Below, piece by piece: positions 10,030 through 18,271 of a DNA stretch of 46,208 nt. Origin of the DNA: an uncultured bacterium. Lineage in GTDB: Bacteria; DAOPZR01. The position numbers and the translations under genes are program-made. The DNA lies in contig CAZWUZ010000002.1 of NCBI GenBank assembly GCA_964637655.1, forward strand, positions 1 through 46,208, written 5' to 3'. How positions within the stretch are numbered: position 1 is the first letter of the stretch; each line of letters begins with the position of its first letter. Below the pieces are notes generated by a model that ran no database searches, had not been told where the DNA came from, and was given only the letters and a program-made list of their open reading frames with translations.

Positions 10030-11165
10030 ACCTTCCCTGCGACTATCCGTTCACCCACTTCGAGGTGAACCACCCCAACGGTGACGTCACCTGCTGCTGC
10101 CAGCAGACGCGGGTGCTCGGCAATATCAACCGGCAGAGCGCGACGGAGATCTGGAACGGCGAGGGGTATCGCGACATGCGGCGCCGGTTCCTTGCCGGGG
10201 ATATCCTGAGTGTCTGCCCGGGCGAATGCCCGGTGCTGCACGGCTGGAAACAGAACGAGCGGCTGGACTGGTACCGCACCCGGCCGATGTCGTCGCCCGT
10301 CAGGCGCAATGCGGAACGCAACGAGCAGGAGCAGGCGGACGGTGCGCTGCAGCTGGTGTCGCAGCCGCGCTGGCTGCGCTATGCCGCCTCCTACCGGTGC
10401 AACCTGCGCTGCTACCACTGTTTTCAGGCGCAGGACCGCACCGCGCAGGCGGAGCTGCCCGACAGTTTCTTCGCGCAGGCGCGGGCCTGGTTGCCCGCCC
10501 TGCAGATGGTCTTTCTCTACGGCGGCGAGCCGCTGCTCGAACCGCGGAACCTGGCGCTGGTGGAGGAGATCGCGGCGCAGGGGGAAGTAGAAGTGCGGCT
10601 GTCGCTGATCACCAACGCGGCAGTGCTCAGCGAAGCCTGGCGCAGTGCGCTGGCGCGGGTGCGCCCGGGCATCGTCAGCATGTCGCTCGATACGTGTGAT
10701 CCGGCGCTGTTCGCGGAACTGCACCCACCGGCACGCTGGGATACGGTGCTGGCCAACGCGCGTTTTCTCGCCGGGTGGGCGCGTGCCCGCGGCGAGACGG
10801 CATGCTTCGGCTTCACCATGAACCGGAGGAACTGCGGGGAGCTGCCGGCCTTCGTCGATTTCTGCGCGGCGGAGGGGGCACTGGCGACGTTCCAGCTGGC
10901 GCATAACGTATTTCGCGACGCGCGGTTTGCCCGCACCTACGCCCTGCACACGCGCGGTGACTTCCGCCGGCTGCTGCCCCTGCTGCAGGCGGCGCAGGCG
11001 CGGGCGCGCGCGCACGGCATGCACGAGACGGAACGCAACCTGGCGGAGTTCATCACGCAGGCGGAAAAGCGCAGCCGCTGGCAGCCGCTGCTGGCGCTGC
11101 GGCGGCGCTGGCACCGCTGGCGCCGGCAGCGCGCGGCGATACGCGCAGAGGAAGGTGACCGATGA
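10026..11165 (+). CDS. Radical SAM protein with N-terminal SPASM/twitch-like domain
   Basis: ATGA start at 10026; CDYPF..GDVTCCC..CPGEC precedes CNLRCYHC and GGEPLL. Confidence 0.85.
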   Translation: MNLPCDYPFTHFEVNHPNGDVTCCCQQTRVLGNINRQSATEIWNGEGYRDMRRRFLAGDILSVCPGECPVLHGWKQNERLDWYRTRPMSSPVRRNAERNEQEQADGALQLVSQPRWLRYAASYRCNLRCYHCFQAQDRTAQAELPDSFFAQARAWLPALQMVFLYGGEPLLEPRNLALVEEIAAQGEVEVRLSLITNAAVLSEAWRSALARVRPGIVSMSLDTCDPALFAELHPPARWDTVLANARFLAGWARARGETACFGFTMNRRNCGELPAFVDFCAAEGALATFQLAHNVFRDARFARTYALHTRGDFRRLLPLLQAAQARARAHGMHETERNLAEFITQAEKRSRWQPLLALRRRWHRWRRQRAAIRAEEGDR

Positions 11166-12202
11166 CGGCAGCAAAGGACCGGGAGGCAGTGATGCAGCGG
11201 CGGTATGCCCTGCTGCCGGCGCTGCGCGACTATGACCGCCTGACGCTGACCGGCACCCCCTACCTGATGTTTTTCAACCAGCCGGAGTTCCGCTCGGCGG
11301 CATGCACCACTGACGCACTCGGCTTCCGCTTCTCCTACGCGGGAGACACGGCTGTTGATTATGCCGGTTTCCGGGCGGCGCCCGGCCGGAAACGCGTGCT
11401 GCTGGGCGGATCGACGGCGTTCGGCATCGGGGTGAGCAGCGACCGGCTGACGCTGGCCAGCCGCCTCAACGAAACGGGAGGGCTACTGTGCTGCAACGCG
11501 GGGCTGCGCGCCGGCAACAGCACCCAGGAGCTGCTCACCTGCCTGCTGCGGTTCGCCGACATCGACGGTCTCGAGCAGATTATCATTGTCAGCGGTATCA
11601 ATGATCTCGAACTGCTGCACAGCGCACCGGTATACGGGGGGGACGGCGGCGCGTTCTACTATCAGCAGTCGTGTCCGCTGGCCGGCGCGCCGCTCGAGCA
11701 CTGGCTTTGGCTCGAACGGCCGGCGTCTGCGCTGCTGCGCGAGCGGAACTGGCAGTGGCTGCGCCGGAAGGCTGCGCACTTCCTGCGCGGGCGCACGCGC
11801 TCTCCGCGGGCGGCCGGATCACCCGACGATCTGCAGCGCCTGCTGCGGCGCAACCTCGGCGTGCTGGGCTCGTTTGCGCGGGCGCGCGGCATCGATATCA
11901 CCTACGTGCTGCAGCCGTTCGCGCTCTGGCTCGACCGCGAACTGTCACCCGAGGAAGCGGAGCTTTTTGCGTTGCTTGATGCCCTGCCGGACAACCCGCT
12001 GCGCGACCATGCGGCGGCCATGCGCCGGCAGCGCGGGACGTATACCGCGATGGTGGAGCAGGCGGCCCGGGCGGGCGGGGTGCGGTTTATCGATGCCACC
12101 GCGCACTTCAACCGGCCGGGATGGCTGTTTGCCGACCGTGTGCACCTTACTGATGACGGTACCGGGCACCTGGCGGCGCTGCTCAGCGAGGCGGGCCTGT
12201 GA
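11162..12202 (+). CDS. SGNH/GDSL hydrolase-like protein (resembles the IopA-type family)
   Basis: PYLMFF..TDALGFR, GGSTAFG, NAG, SGINDL, DRVH blocks. Confidence 0.75.
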   Translation: MTAAKDREAVMQRRYALLPALRDYDRLTLTGTPYLMFFNQPEFRSAACTTDALGFRFSYAGDTAVDYAGFRAAPGRKRVLLGGSTAFGIGVSSDRLTLASRLNETGGLLCCNAGLRAGNSTQELLTCLLRFADIDGLEQIIIVSGINDLELLHSAPVYGGDGGAFYYQQSCPLAGAPLEHWLWLERPASALLRERNWQWLRRKAAHFLRGRTRSPRAAGSPDDLQRLLRRNLGVLGSFARARGIDITYVLQPFALWLDRELSPEEAELFALLDALPDNPLRDHAAAMRRQRGTYTAMVEQAARAGGVRFIDATAHFNRPGWLFADRVHLTDDGTGHLAALLSEAGL

Positions 12203-12291
12203 GGCGCCGGCTGCGCGCGTTGTGGGCATGGCTGCGCTCGTTCTGGCAGCCCCCTGACGATCCGCCGCAGGACATCTACCCGCTGTGGTGA
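12199..12291 (+). CDS. 30-aa microprotein MRRRLRALWAWLRSFWQPPDDPPQDIYPLW
   Basis: Fills the gap exactly, with GTGA overlaps to both neighbouring genes; GAGG upstream. Confidence 0.7.
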   Translation: MRRRLRALWAWLRSFWQPPDDPPQDIYPLW

Positions 12292-13148
12292 GGCGCTGGA
12301 CCAAGATCCACCTGGCGGAGGCACCGCCGCTTCCCGCGAGCACGACCCCGGCCGAGCGCTATGCCCGGCAGATGGGCGGCTACGGGGCTGATGCCGACTG
12401 CGCCACGCCGGACACGTTCCTGCGGCGGTATTTTTCCGGGCGGCTGCAGACCTATCACCGGCTGCTGATCCGCCATCTGCGTCCGGGCATGCGGGTGCTC
12501 TGCCTCGGCAGCGGGCGCTGCGTCAATGAATTGCTGCTGGCCCGGCACGGCTGCCGGGTCACCGCCTGTGACCTCGCCTACCCGCCCTGCCTGGCACCGT
12601 TGCAGGCCGCGTGCCCGGCGCTGGAATTTCGTGCGGCGGACATCACGCGGGAACTGCCGGTCGCTGCCTGCGATGCGGTTGTCGCGCTGAGCGTGTTCTA
12701 CCATTTCCCGCCGGCGGTGCTGCGGCAGCTGGCACAGCGTATCGCGGCGGCACTCCCGCCGGGCGGCGTACTGCTCTGCGATGTCGGCGGCGCGGCGGAC
12801 AGCCTGCTGACCCGCCTGCTCGATGAGGTCGTGGTGCCGCTTGACCAGTACTGGTACCGCTATGTACGCCGCGCGCCGGGCTGGCACCTGCAGCGGGAAG
12901 TGCTCGGCTACCGCTACACGGACCGGGAAGTGACCGCGATATTCACCGCGGCCGGATTGCAGCTGCAGGACGTGCAGCGGCATGACCACCGGTCGGAGCT
13001 GTGGCGCAGCTGGTTCTGCCGCCACCGGCTGCAGGGGACGTCGCGCTGGCGGCCGCTGCTCGAACGGCTCGGGGCGCAGATGCCGTACGTGCGCCTGTTC
13101 AGATTCACACGTCCGCATGCAGCTACTCTCACGGCAGGAGCATCATGA
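12288..13148 (+). CDS. Class I SAM methyltransferase
   Basis: VLCLGSGRC, VTACDL, ADIT, LPPGGVL; the coupled GTG at 12288 is preferred over 12285. Confidence 0.82.
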   Translation: MRRWTKIHLAEAPPLPASTTPAERYARQMGGYGADADCATPDTFLRRYFSGRLQTYHRLLIRHLRPGMRVLCLGSGRCVNELLLARHGCRVTACDLAYPPCLAPLQAACPALEFRAADITRELPVAACDAVVALSVFYHFPPAVLRQLAQRIAAALPPGGVLLCDVGGAADSLLTRLLDEVVVPLDQYWYRYVRRAPGWHLQREVLGYRYTDREVTAIFTAAGLQLQDVQRHDHRSELWRSWFCRHRLQGTSRWRPLLERLGAQMPYVRLFRFTRPHAATLTAGAS

Positions 13149-14731
13149 TGCGACGAATCATTCTCTGGTCGCCGGTTTCCGACGATATGCGCCACTACCT
13201 CGCTGCCGGCGGGGCGCGCGGGCTGTTCCTGCCGCCCGTCGGGCTGCTGCTGGTTGCGCAGGAATTGGAACGCGCGGGGTTTGCGGTCACCCTGGTTGAC
13301 GGCAATTTCGATCTCGACTATCTGCCGCGCCTGGTGCAGCAGGCAGCGGCGCAGCGGGAGGAACTGGTGTTCATCGGCGCCTATCTCGCGCTGCTGCAGC
13401 TCAAGGATTTCCGGCAGGCGGCGACCGCCCTGCGCGCGGCGGCGCCGGGAGTGCCGGTGGTGGTCGGCGGGCCGTTCCCGTCGGTGTTTACCGCGGCGGC
13501 AGCGGGCAGCCCGCTCATCGACATCTGCTGCACGGGCGACGGCGCCCGGGTGGCGGTTGCCCTGGCCGGGCACCTCGCAGCCGGGCGCGACTGGCGTTCC
13601 CTCCCCAACCTGGCCTATGCCGACAGCGGACAGGTGGTGACCACGCCGCGCGAGTGGTTTGACGAGCTCACCGGTGACAATGTCGTGCAGTACGAGCGGT
13701 TCTTTCCCGTCGACGAGTACGCCCCGCATTTTTCGCTCTACCTGCCGCCGCGCGACGGGTGGCAGCGCGCGCTGCCGCTGCTCACCGGGCTCGGCTGTTC
13801 CTACAAGTGCGCGTTCTGCGAAAATGCCGTGCTCGGACACAAGCACCGCTCGCTGCCGGCGGAGGCGATTGTTGAACGGATGCGGCATTATCACGAGCGA
13901 TACGGGATCGAGGCGTTCGCCCTGTTCGACGAGGATTTCTTCATCGATCGTGCGCGCCTGCTGCGCTTCATCGAGCTGCTGGAGGCGGCCCGCCTGCCCG
14001 TGCGCTGGGGGACGCAGTGCCGGGTCAATTATTTCCGCGACGGCTATATCGACCGTGAACTGCTGCGGCGGCTGGCGGCGGTCGGCTGTGTGCGGCTGTC
14101 GATGGGCGTGGAGAGCGGCTCGCCGGCGATGCTCAAACTGCTGCGCAAGCAGATCACCCCGGAACAGGTGCTGGCCGCGGCGGACACAGGCAGCGACTCT
14201 CCGATCGTCTTCACGTTCTCGCTGATGATCGGACTGCCCGGGGAAACGCGCGCCGACCTGTTTGCCACCCTCGATCTGATGCTGCAGGCGATGCAGCGCA
14301 AGCCGAACTGCCACGTCTCCGCGGTCCATCCGTACTGGGCCTTTCCCGGCACCCCGCTCGCCCGTCTGGCGGAGGAACGCGGCGGCTACTCGGCGCAAGG
14401 GCTGTCGCTGGACGAACTAGCCGACCTGTCGCTCGAGGAATACAACCGGCGTATTCTCGGAACGTCGGATGACGCGGCGCGAATGCCGGTGCAGCACTTT
14501 CTGACCGTCATGACCATGCCGGCGCAGTACCGCTATTACCGGCACCTGTTCCGGCTGCTGGCATGGTGCGTCCAGCAGCGACGGCGCCGCGGCTGGTATA
14601 CGGGACTGGCCGACCTGTATCTGCTCTACCGGGGCAAGCAGGCATGGCATTACCTGCACAAGCAGGCCGTGCCGGCCCTGAAACAGGCGGTACGGCGGCT
14701 GCTGCGCGGTGAGCGTAAGGAGGGGGTATGA
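13145..14731 (+). CDS. B12-binding domain radical SAM protein
   Basis: GGAG plus ATGA start at 13145; PPVGL, VVVGGPFPS, GCSYKCAFC, DEDF, GVESGS, IGLPGET. Confidence 0.88.
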   Translation: MMRRIILWSPVSDDMRHYLAAGGARGLFLPPVGLLLVAQELERAGFAVTLVDGNFDLDYLPRLVQQAAAQREELVFIGAYLALLQLKDFRQAATALRAAAPGVPVVVGGPFPSVFTAAAAGSPLIDICCTGDGARVAVALAGHLAAGRDWRSLPNLAYADSGQVVTTPREWFDELTGDNVVQYERFFPVDEYAPHFSLYLPPRDGWQRALPLLTGLGCSYKCAFCENAVLGHKHRSLPAEAIVERMRHYHERYGIEAFALFDEDFFIDRARLLRFIELLEAARLPVRWGTQCRVNYFRDGYIDRELLRRLAAVGCVRLSMGVESGSPAMLKLLRKQITPEQVLAAADTGSDSPIVFTFSLMIGLPGETRADLFATLDLMLQAMQRKPNCHVSAVHPYWAFPGTPLARLAEERGGYSAQGLSLDELADLSLEEYNRRILGTSDDAARMPVQHFLTVMTMPAQYRYYRHLFRLLAWCVQQRRRRGWYTGLADLYLLYRGKQAWHYLHKQAVPALKQAVRRLLRGERKEGV

Positions 14732-15714
14732 ATACCCGGGTCAACGACAACTTTCACCATCTGGGCGGCGATGACGTGCTGCAGCGCGCGGACGCGCGTT
14801 TCCGCGAGTACCGCCGGCAATGGCAGGAAAACCCCGATACCTTCACGGTGGCGCCCTACCCGCTGTTTCTTGATATCGAGGTGACCAGCGCCTGCAACCT
14901 GCGCTGCCCGTTCTGTGCCACAACCTACCGCGGCGCGAAAATCAGCCGCGGGTTCATGACCGGAGAACTCTACCGGCGCATCATCGACGAGGGAGCGGGT
15001 CACGGGCTGTACGGCGCCAAGTTCAACATCCGCGGCGAGCCGCTGCTGCACCCGGAACTGCCGGCGTTTGTCGCCTACGCGAAGCAGCGCGGCCTGCTCG
15101 ATGTCTACTTCAATACCAATGCGCAACTGCTCGACTACGATTGCGCCCTGCGGCTGATCGATGCCGGGCTCGACCGCATCTCCGTCTCCATCGAGGGGAC
15201 GACGGCGGCGGTGTACGAGCACTACCGGCCGGGCGGGACCTTCACGCGCCTGCGGGCCAACCTCGAAGGGCTGCTGGCGGCGCGGCGGGCGCGGCAGGTG
15301 ACACATCCGCGCATACGTATCCAGTCGGTGATGATTCCCGAGCTGGCCGGGGAACTCGCCGCCTATGCCGCGTTCTGGCAGCCCTATGCCGATGAGATCG
15401 CCTACCTCGATTACAAGGAAATGAAGGAACGCCGCCGGGGCCTGGCCTGCCACTGGGCCTGTCCGCAGCTCTGGCAGCGCATGGCGGTCTGGTGGGACGG
15501 CACGGTGGTTCCGTGCAATCACGATGATGATGCGCGGCTGGCACTCGGCAACGCCGGCACCCATACCCTGCGTGAACTGTGGCACGGCGAAGCGCTGCAG
15601 CGGGTGCGGCAGCAGCACCGTGACGGCCTGGCGCACACGGTGCCGGCATGCGACGGCTGCTACCTGCGCGACAGTGAAATCAGCAAGGACGGGAACCGAT
15701 GCCAGAACCTGTGA
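14728..15714 (+). CDS. Radical SAM/SPASM(twitch) protein
   Basis: EVTSACNLRCPFC, RGEPLLHP, CPQLW..DGTVVPC..CDGC. Confidence 0.9.
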   Translation: MNTRVNDNFHHLGGDDVLQRADARFREYRRQWQENPDTFTVAPYPLFLDIEVTSACNLRCPFCATTYRGAKISRGFMTGELYRRIIDEGAGHGLYGAKFNIRGEPLLHPELPAFVAYAKQRGLLDVYFNTNAQLLDYDCALRLIDAGLDRISVSIEGTTAAVYEHYRPGGTFTRLRANLEGLLAARRARQVTHPRIRIQSVMIPELAGELAAYAAFWQPYADEIAYLDYKEMKERRRGLACHWACPQLWQRMAVWWDGTVVPCNHDDDARLALGNAGTHTLRELWHGEALQRVRQQHRDGLAHTVPACDGCYLRDSEISKDGNRCQNL

Positions 15715-16778
15715 ACCTGCCGCGCCTGCCCGCGTGGCTTGACCGCGTGGCGCGTATCGACAATGAGGCGCTCGACCGCAGCCGCTTCCTGCGCTGTGAC
15801 AAGAACGAGAACCTGCTGCCGCTGCCGCCGCGCGCGCTGGCCCGCATCCGACGGGCAATGACCGGCGATTTTCTCGGCTGCTATCCGCAACCGCACCTGC
15901 TGCTGCCGCCGCTGGCGCGCTCGCTCGGGCTCACGCCCGACCAGGTGTATCTCACCGCGGGCTCGGATGCGGGAATCAAGGCGGTGTTCGAGGTGCTGGT
16001 GCGTCCCGGCGCGCAGATCGTGCTGCCGACACCCTCATACGCGATGTACGGGGTCTATGCGCAGCTCTTCCGCGCCCGGGTGACCGCCATCGCCTGCGAT
16101 GCGCACCTGCAGCTGCCGCTGGCGGAGGTGCGCCGTGCCATCACCCGGCGGACCGCACTGGTGATTATTGCCAACCCGAACAGTCCGACCGGCACGGCGG
16201 TGGAGCGTCATGAACTGCTGCGCCTGGTGCGGTATGCCGGACGTCTCGGTGTGCCCGTACTGGTGGACGAGGCCTATTATCCGTTCCATCCCGAGACGAT
16301 GGTTCCCCACCTGCGCGCCTGTCCCAACCTGCTGGTGACGCGCACCTTTTCCAAGGCGTACGGACTGGCGGCGGCGCGGCTCGGTTGTGTCGCAGCATCG
16401 CCGCGCTTCATCGCCGCCCTGAAAAAATGGCGGCCGATGTATGAGGTGAACGGGCTGGCGGTCATCGCCGGCCTGGCCCTGCTTGCCGAACGGCGTGCCG
16501 TGGCGCGCATGGTGCGCGAGACCGTGGCAACGCGGGAATGGCTGTGCCGGCAGCTTGAGCAGGCCGGCCTGCCGGTGCTGCCGTCGGCTGCGAATTTCCT
16601 CAATGTGCGGGTCGGGCGCGAACGTGTGCCGGCAGTGCTGCAGCGCCTGCGCCGGCACGGGGTGCTGGCGAAAACATTTTCGGGACATCCGCTGCTGGCG
16701 GAATGCGTGCGCATCTCGCTCGGCCCGCGGCGCGACATGGCGCGGGTGGCGCGGTTACTGGCTGCCGGAGGAAAATAA
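15699..16778 (+). CDS. HisC/CobD-like class I/II PLP-dependent enzyme
   Basis: DKNEN, GSD, NPNSPTG, VDEAY, RTFSKAYGLAAARLG. Confidence 0.88.
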   Translation: MPEPVNLPRLPAWLDRVARIDNEALDRSRFLRCDKNENLLPLPPRALARIRRAMTGDFLGCYPQPHLLLPPLARSLGLTPDQVYLTAGSDAGIKAVFEVLVRPGAQIVLPTPSYAMYGVYAQLFRARVTAIACDAHLQLPLAEVRRAITRRTALVIIANPNSPTGTAVERHELLRLVRYAGRLGVPVLVDEAYYPFHPETMVPHLRACPNLLVTRTFSKAYGLAAARLGCVAASPRFIAALKKWRPMYEVNGLAVIAGLALLAERRAVARMVRETVATREWLCRQLEQAGLPVLPSAANFLNVRVGRERVPAVLQRLRRHGVLAKTFSGHPLLAECVRISLGPRRDMARVARLLAAGGK

Positions 16779-16780
16779 CC

Positions 16781-18271
16781 ATGAATATCCTGCTGGTGTT
16801 TCCCAACGCGGTGCTGCAGAATCCACCGCCAATGAGCATCGCGCTCTTTACCGCGCTGCTCCGGCCGCTCGGGGTCTCGCTGCACCTGTTTGACACGACA
16901 CTTTACGACACCGAGGAGCGGACGTCGGACAAGACCAAGGAGCAGCACCTGCAGGTGCGGCCGTTCAGTTTCACGGAACGCAACATCACGCTCAACACGA
17001 CCGATATGTACGAGGATTTCCGCCACTGCCTGGAGCAGGTGCAGCCCGAACTGATCGCCTTGTCGGCCAACGAGGTGACGTTTCCGACCGGCATGGAGCT
17101 GCTGCGTCGCGCCCGCGGTGATGCGGCACTGGCGCGCGCCACGGTCGTGGCAGGCGGGGTGCTGGCCACCTGCGCGCCGGAGTATGTGCTCGGACACGAG
17201 GGAATCGATGCGGTGGTGTGCGGCGAAGGAGAAGGGGCGCTTGTCGATATTGTCGGGCGGCTGCAGCGTGGCACCGGCCTGAACGGCATTGCCAATGTCC
17301 GGGTGAAGGACCGGGCCACGGGGGCGGTCACCGGCAGCCCGCTGCGCCCGCCGGTTGTGCTTGATGACCTGCCGCTCCCCGACTACAGCCTGTTCGACGA
17401 GCGGCGGTTCTACCGGCCGATGGCGGGCAGGGTCTGGCGGCTGTTTCCCGTGGAAAGCAGCCGCGGCTGCCCCTACCGCTGCACCTTCTGCAATTCGCCT
17501 TCACTCGAGGAAATGTACCGTGCCGACACCGGGCGCGGGTTCTTCCGGCGCAAATCGGTTGCCCGCCTGGAGCGCGAACTGCGCGACCTCAAGGAGAAGT
17601 ACGGTGCCGAATATATCTATTTCCTGAGCGACACGCTGCTGGCGATGTCGGACAACGAGTTTGACGAGTTCTGCCGCATGTATGCCGGCATCGGCTTGCC
17701 GTTCTGGTGCCAGAATCGCGTCGAGATGGTGACCGAACCGCGCATGCGGCGGCTGAAGGAGATCGGCTGCCACCGCATGTCGGTCGGCATCGAGCACGGC
17801 AATGAGGAATTCCGTTTCCGCATGCTCGACAAGCGCATCACGAACGCCGCCATCATCCGCGCGTTCGAGATCCTCGCGCAGGTCGGGATCCCGGCAACCG
17901 CGAACAACATCGTCGGGTTCCCCGACGAGACACGCGAACTGGCGATGGATACGGTGCGGCTGAACCGGCAGATACCGTACGATACGGTCAACGCCTACGA
18001 ATTTACCCCCTTCCGCGGCACCCCGCTGCACCGCTATTGTCTTGAGCGGGGCTATATCAGCGAGGACACGGTGCTTACCTGCATGACCAAGGGAACGGTG
18101 CTGCGCATGCCGCAGTTTCCGCCGCAGGACATTGAGGGACTGGTACGCACGTTCGCGCTCTACACCCGGCTGCCGGAGGAACGCTTCCCCGAGATCCGCC
18201 GGGCGGAAAACGATGACCGGCTCTTTGCCCGGCTGAGCGCGGAATATCAGAGGCTTCAGTTCGGCAAATGA
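16781..18271 (+). CDS. B12-binding domain radical SAM protein
   Basis: GGAGGA RBS, ATG 16781; VVAGGV, GEGE, SRGCPYRCTFC, GIEHG, VGFPDET. Confidence 0.9.
   Translation: MNILLVFPNAVLQNPPPMSIALFTALLRPLGVSLHLFDTTLYDTEERTSDKTKEQHLQVRPFSFTERNITLNTTDMYEDFRHCLEQVQPELIALSANEVTFPTGMELLRRARGDAALARATVVAGGVLATCAPEYVLGHEGIDAVVCGEGEGALVDIVGRLQRGTGLNGIANVRVKDRATGAVTGSPLRPPVVLDDLPLPDYSLFDERRFYRPMAGRVWRLFPVESSRGCPYRCTFCNSPSLEEMYRADTGRGFFRRKSVARLERELRDLKEKYGAEYIYFLSDTLLAMSDNEFDEFCRMYAGIGLPFWCQNRVEMVTEPRMRRLKEIGCHRMSVGIEHGNEEFRFRMLDKRITNAAIIRAFEILAQVGIPATANNIVGFPDETRELAMDTVRLNRQIPYDTVNAYEFTPFRGTPLHRYCLERGYISEDTVLTCMTKGTVLRMPQFPPQDIEGLVRTFALYTRLPEERFPEIRRAENDDRLFARLSAEYQRLQFGK

Noticed and set aside
3898..18271. 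RiPP cluster as the main reading of the SPASM enzymes
   Set aside because: No PqqD/RRE domain, peptidase or transporter is seen and the context is sugar biosynthesis. Kept only as an alternative for the 30-aa peptide.
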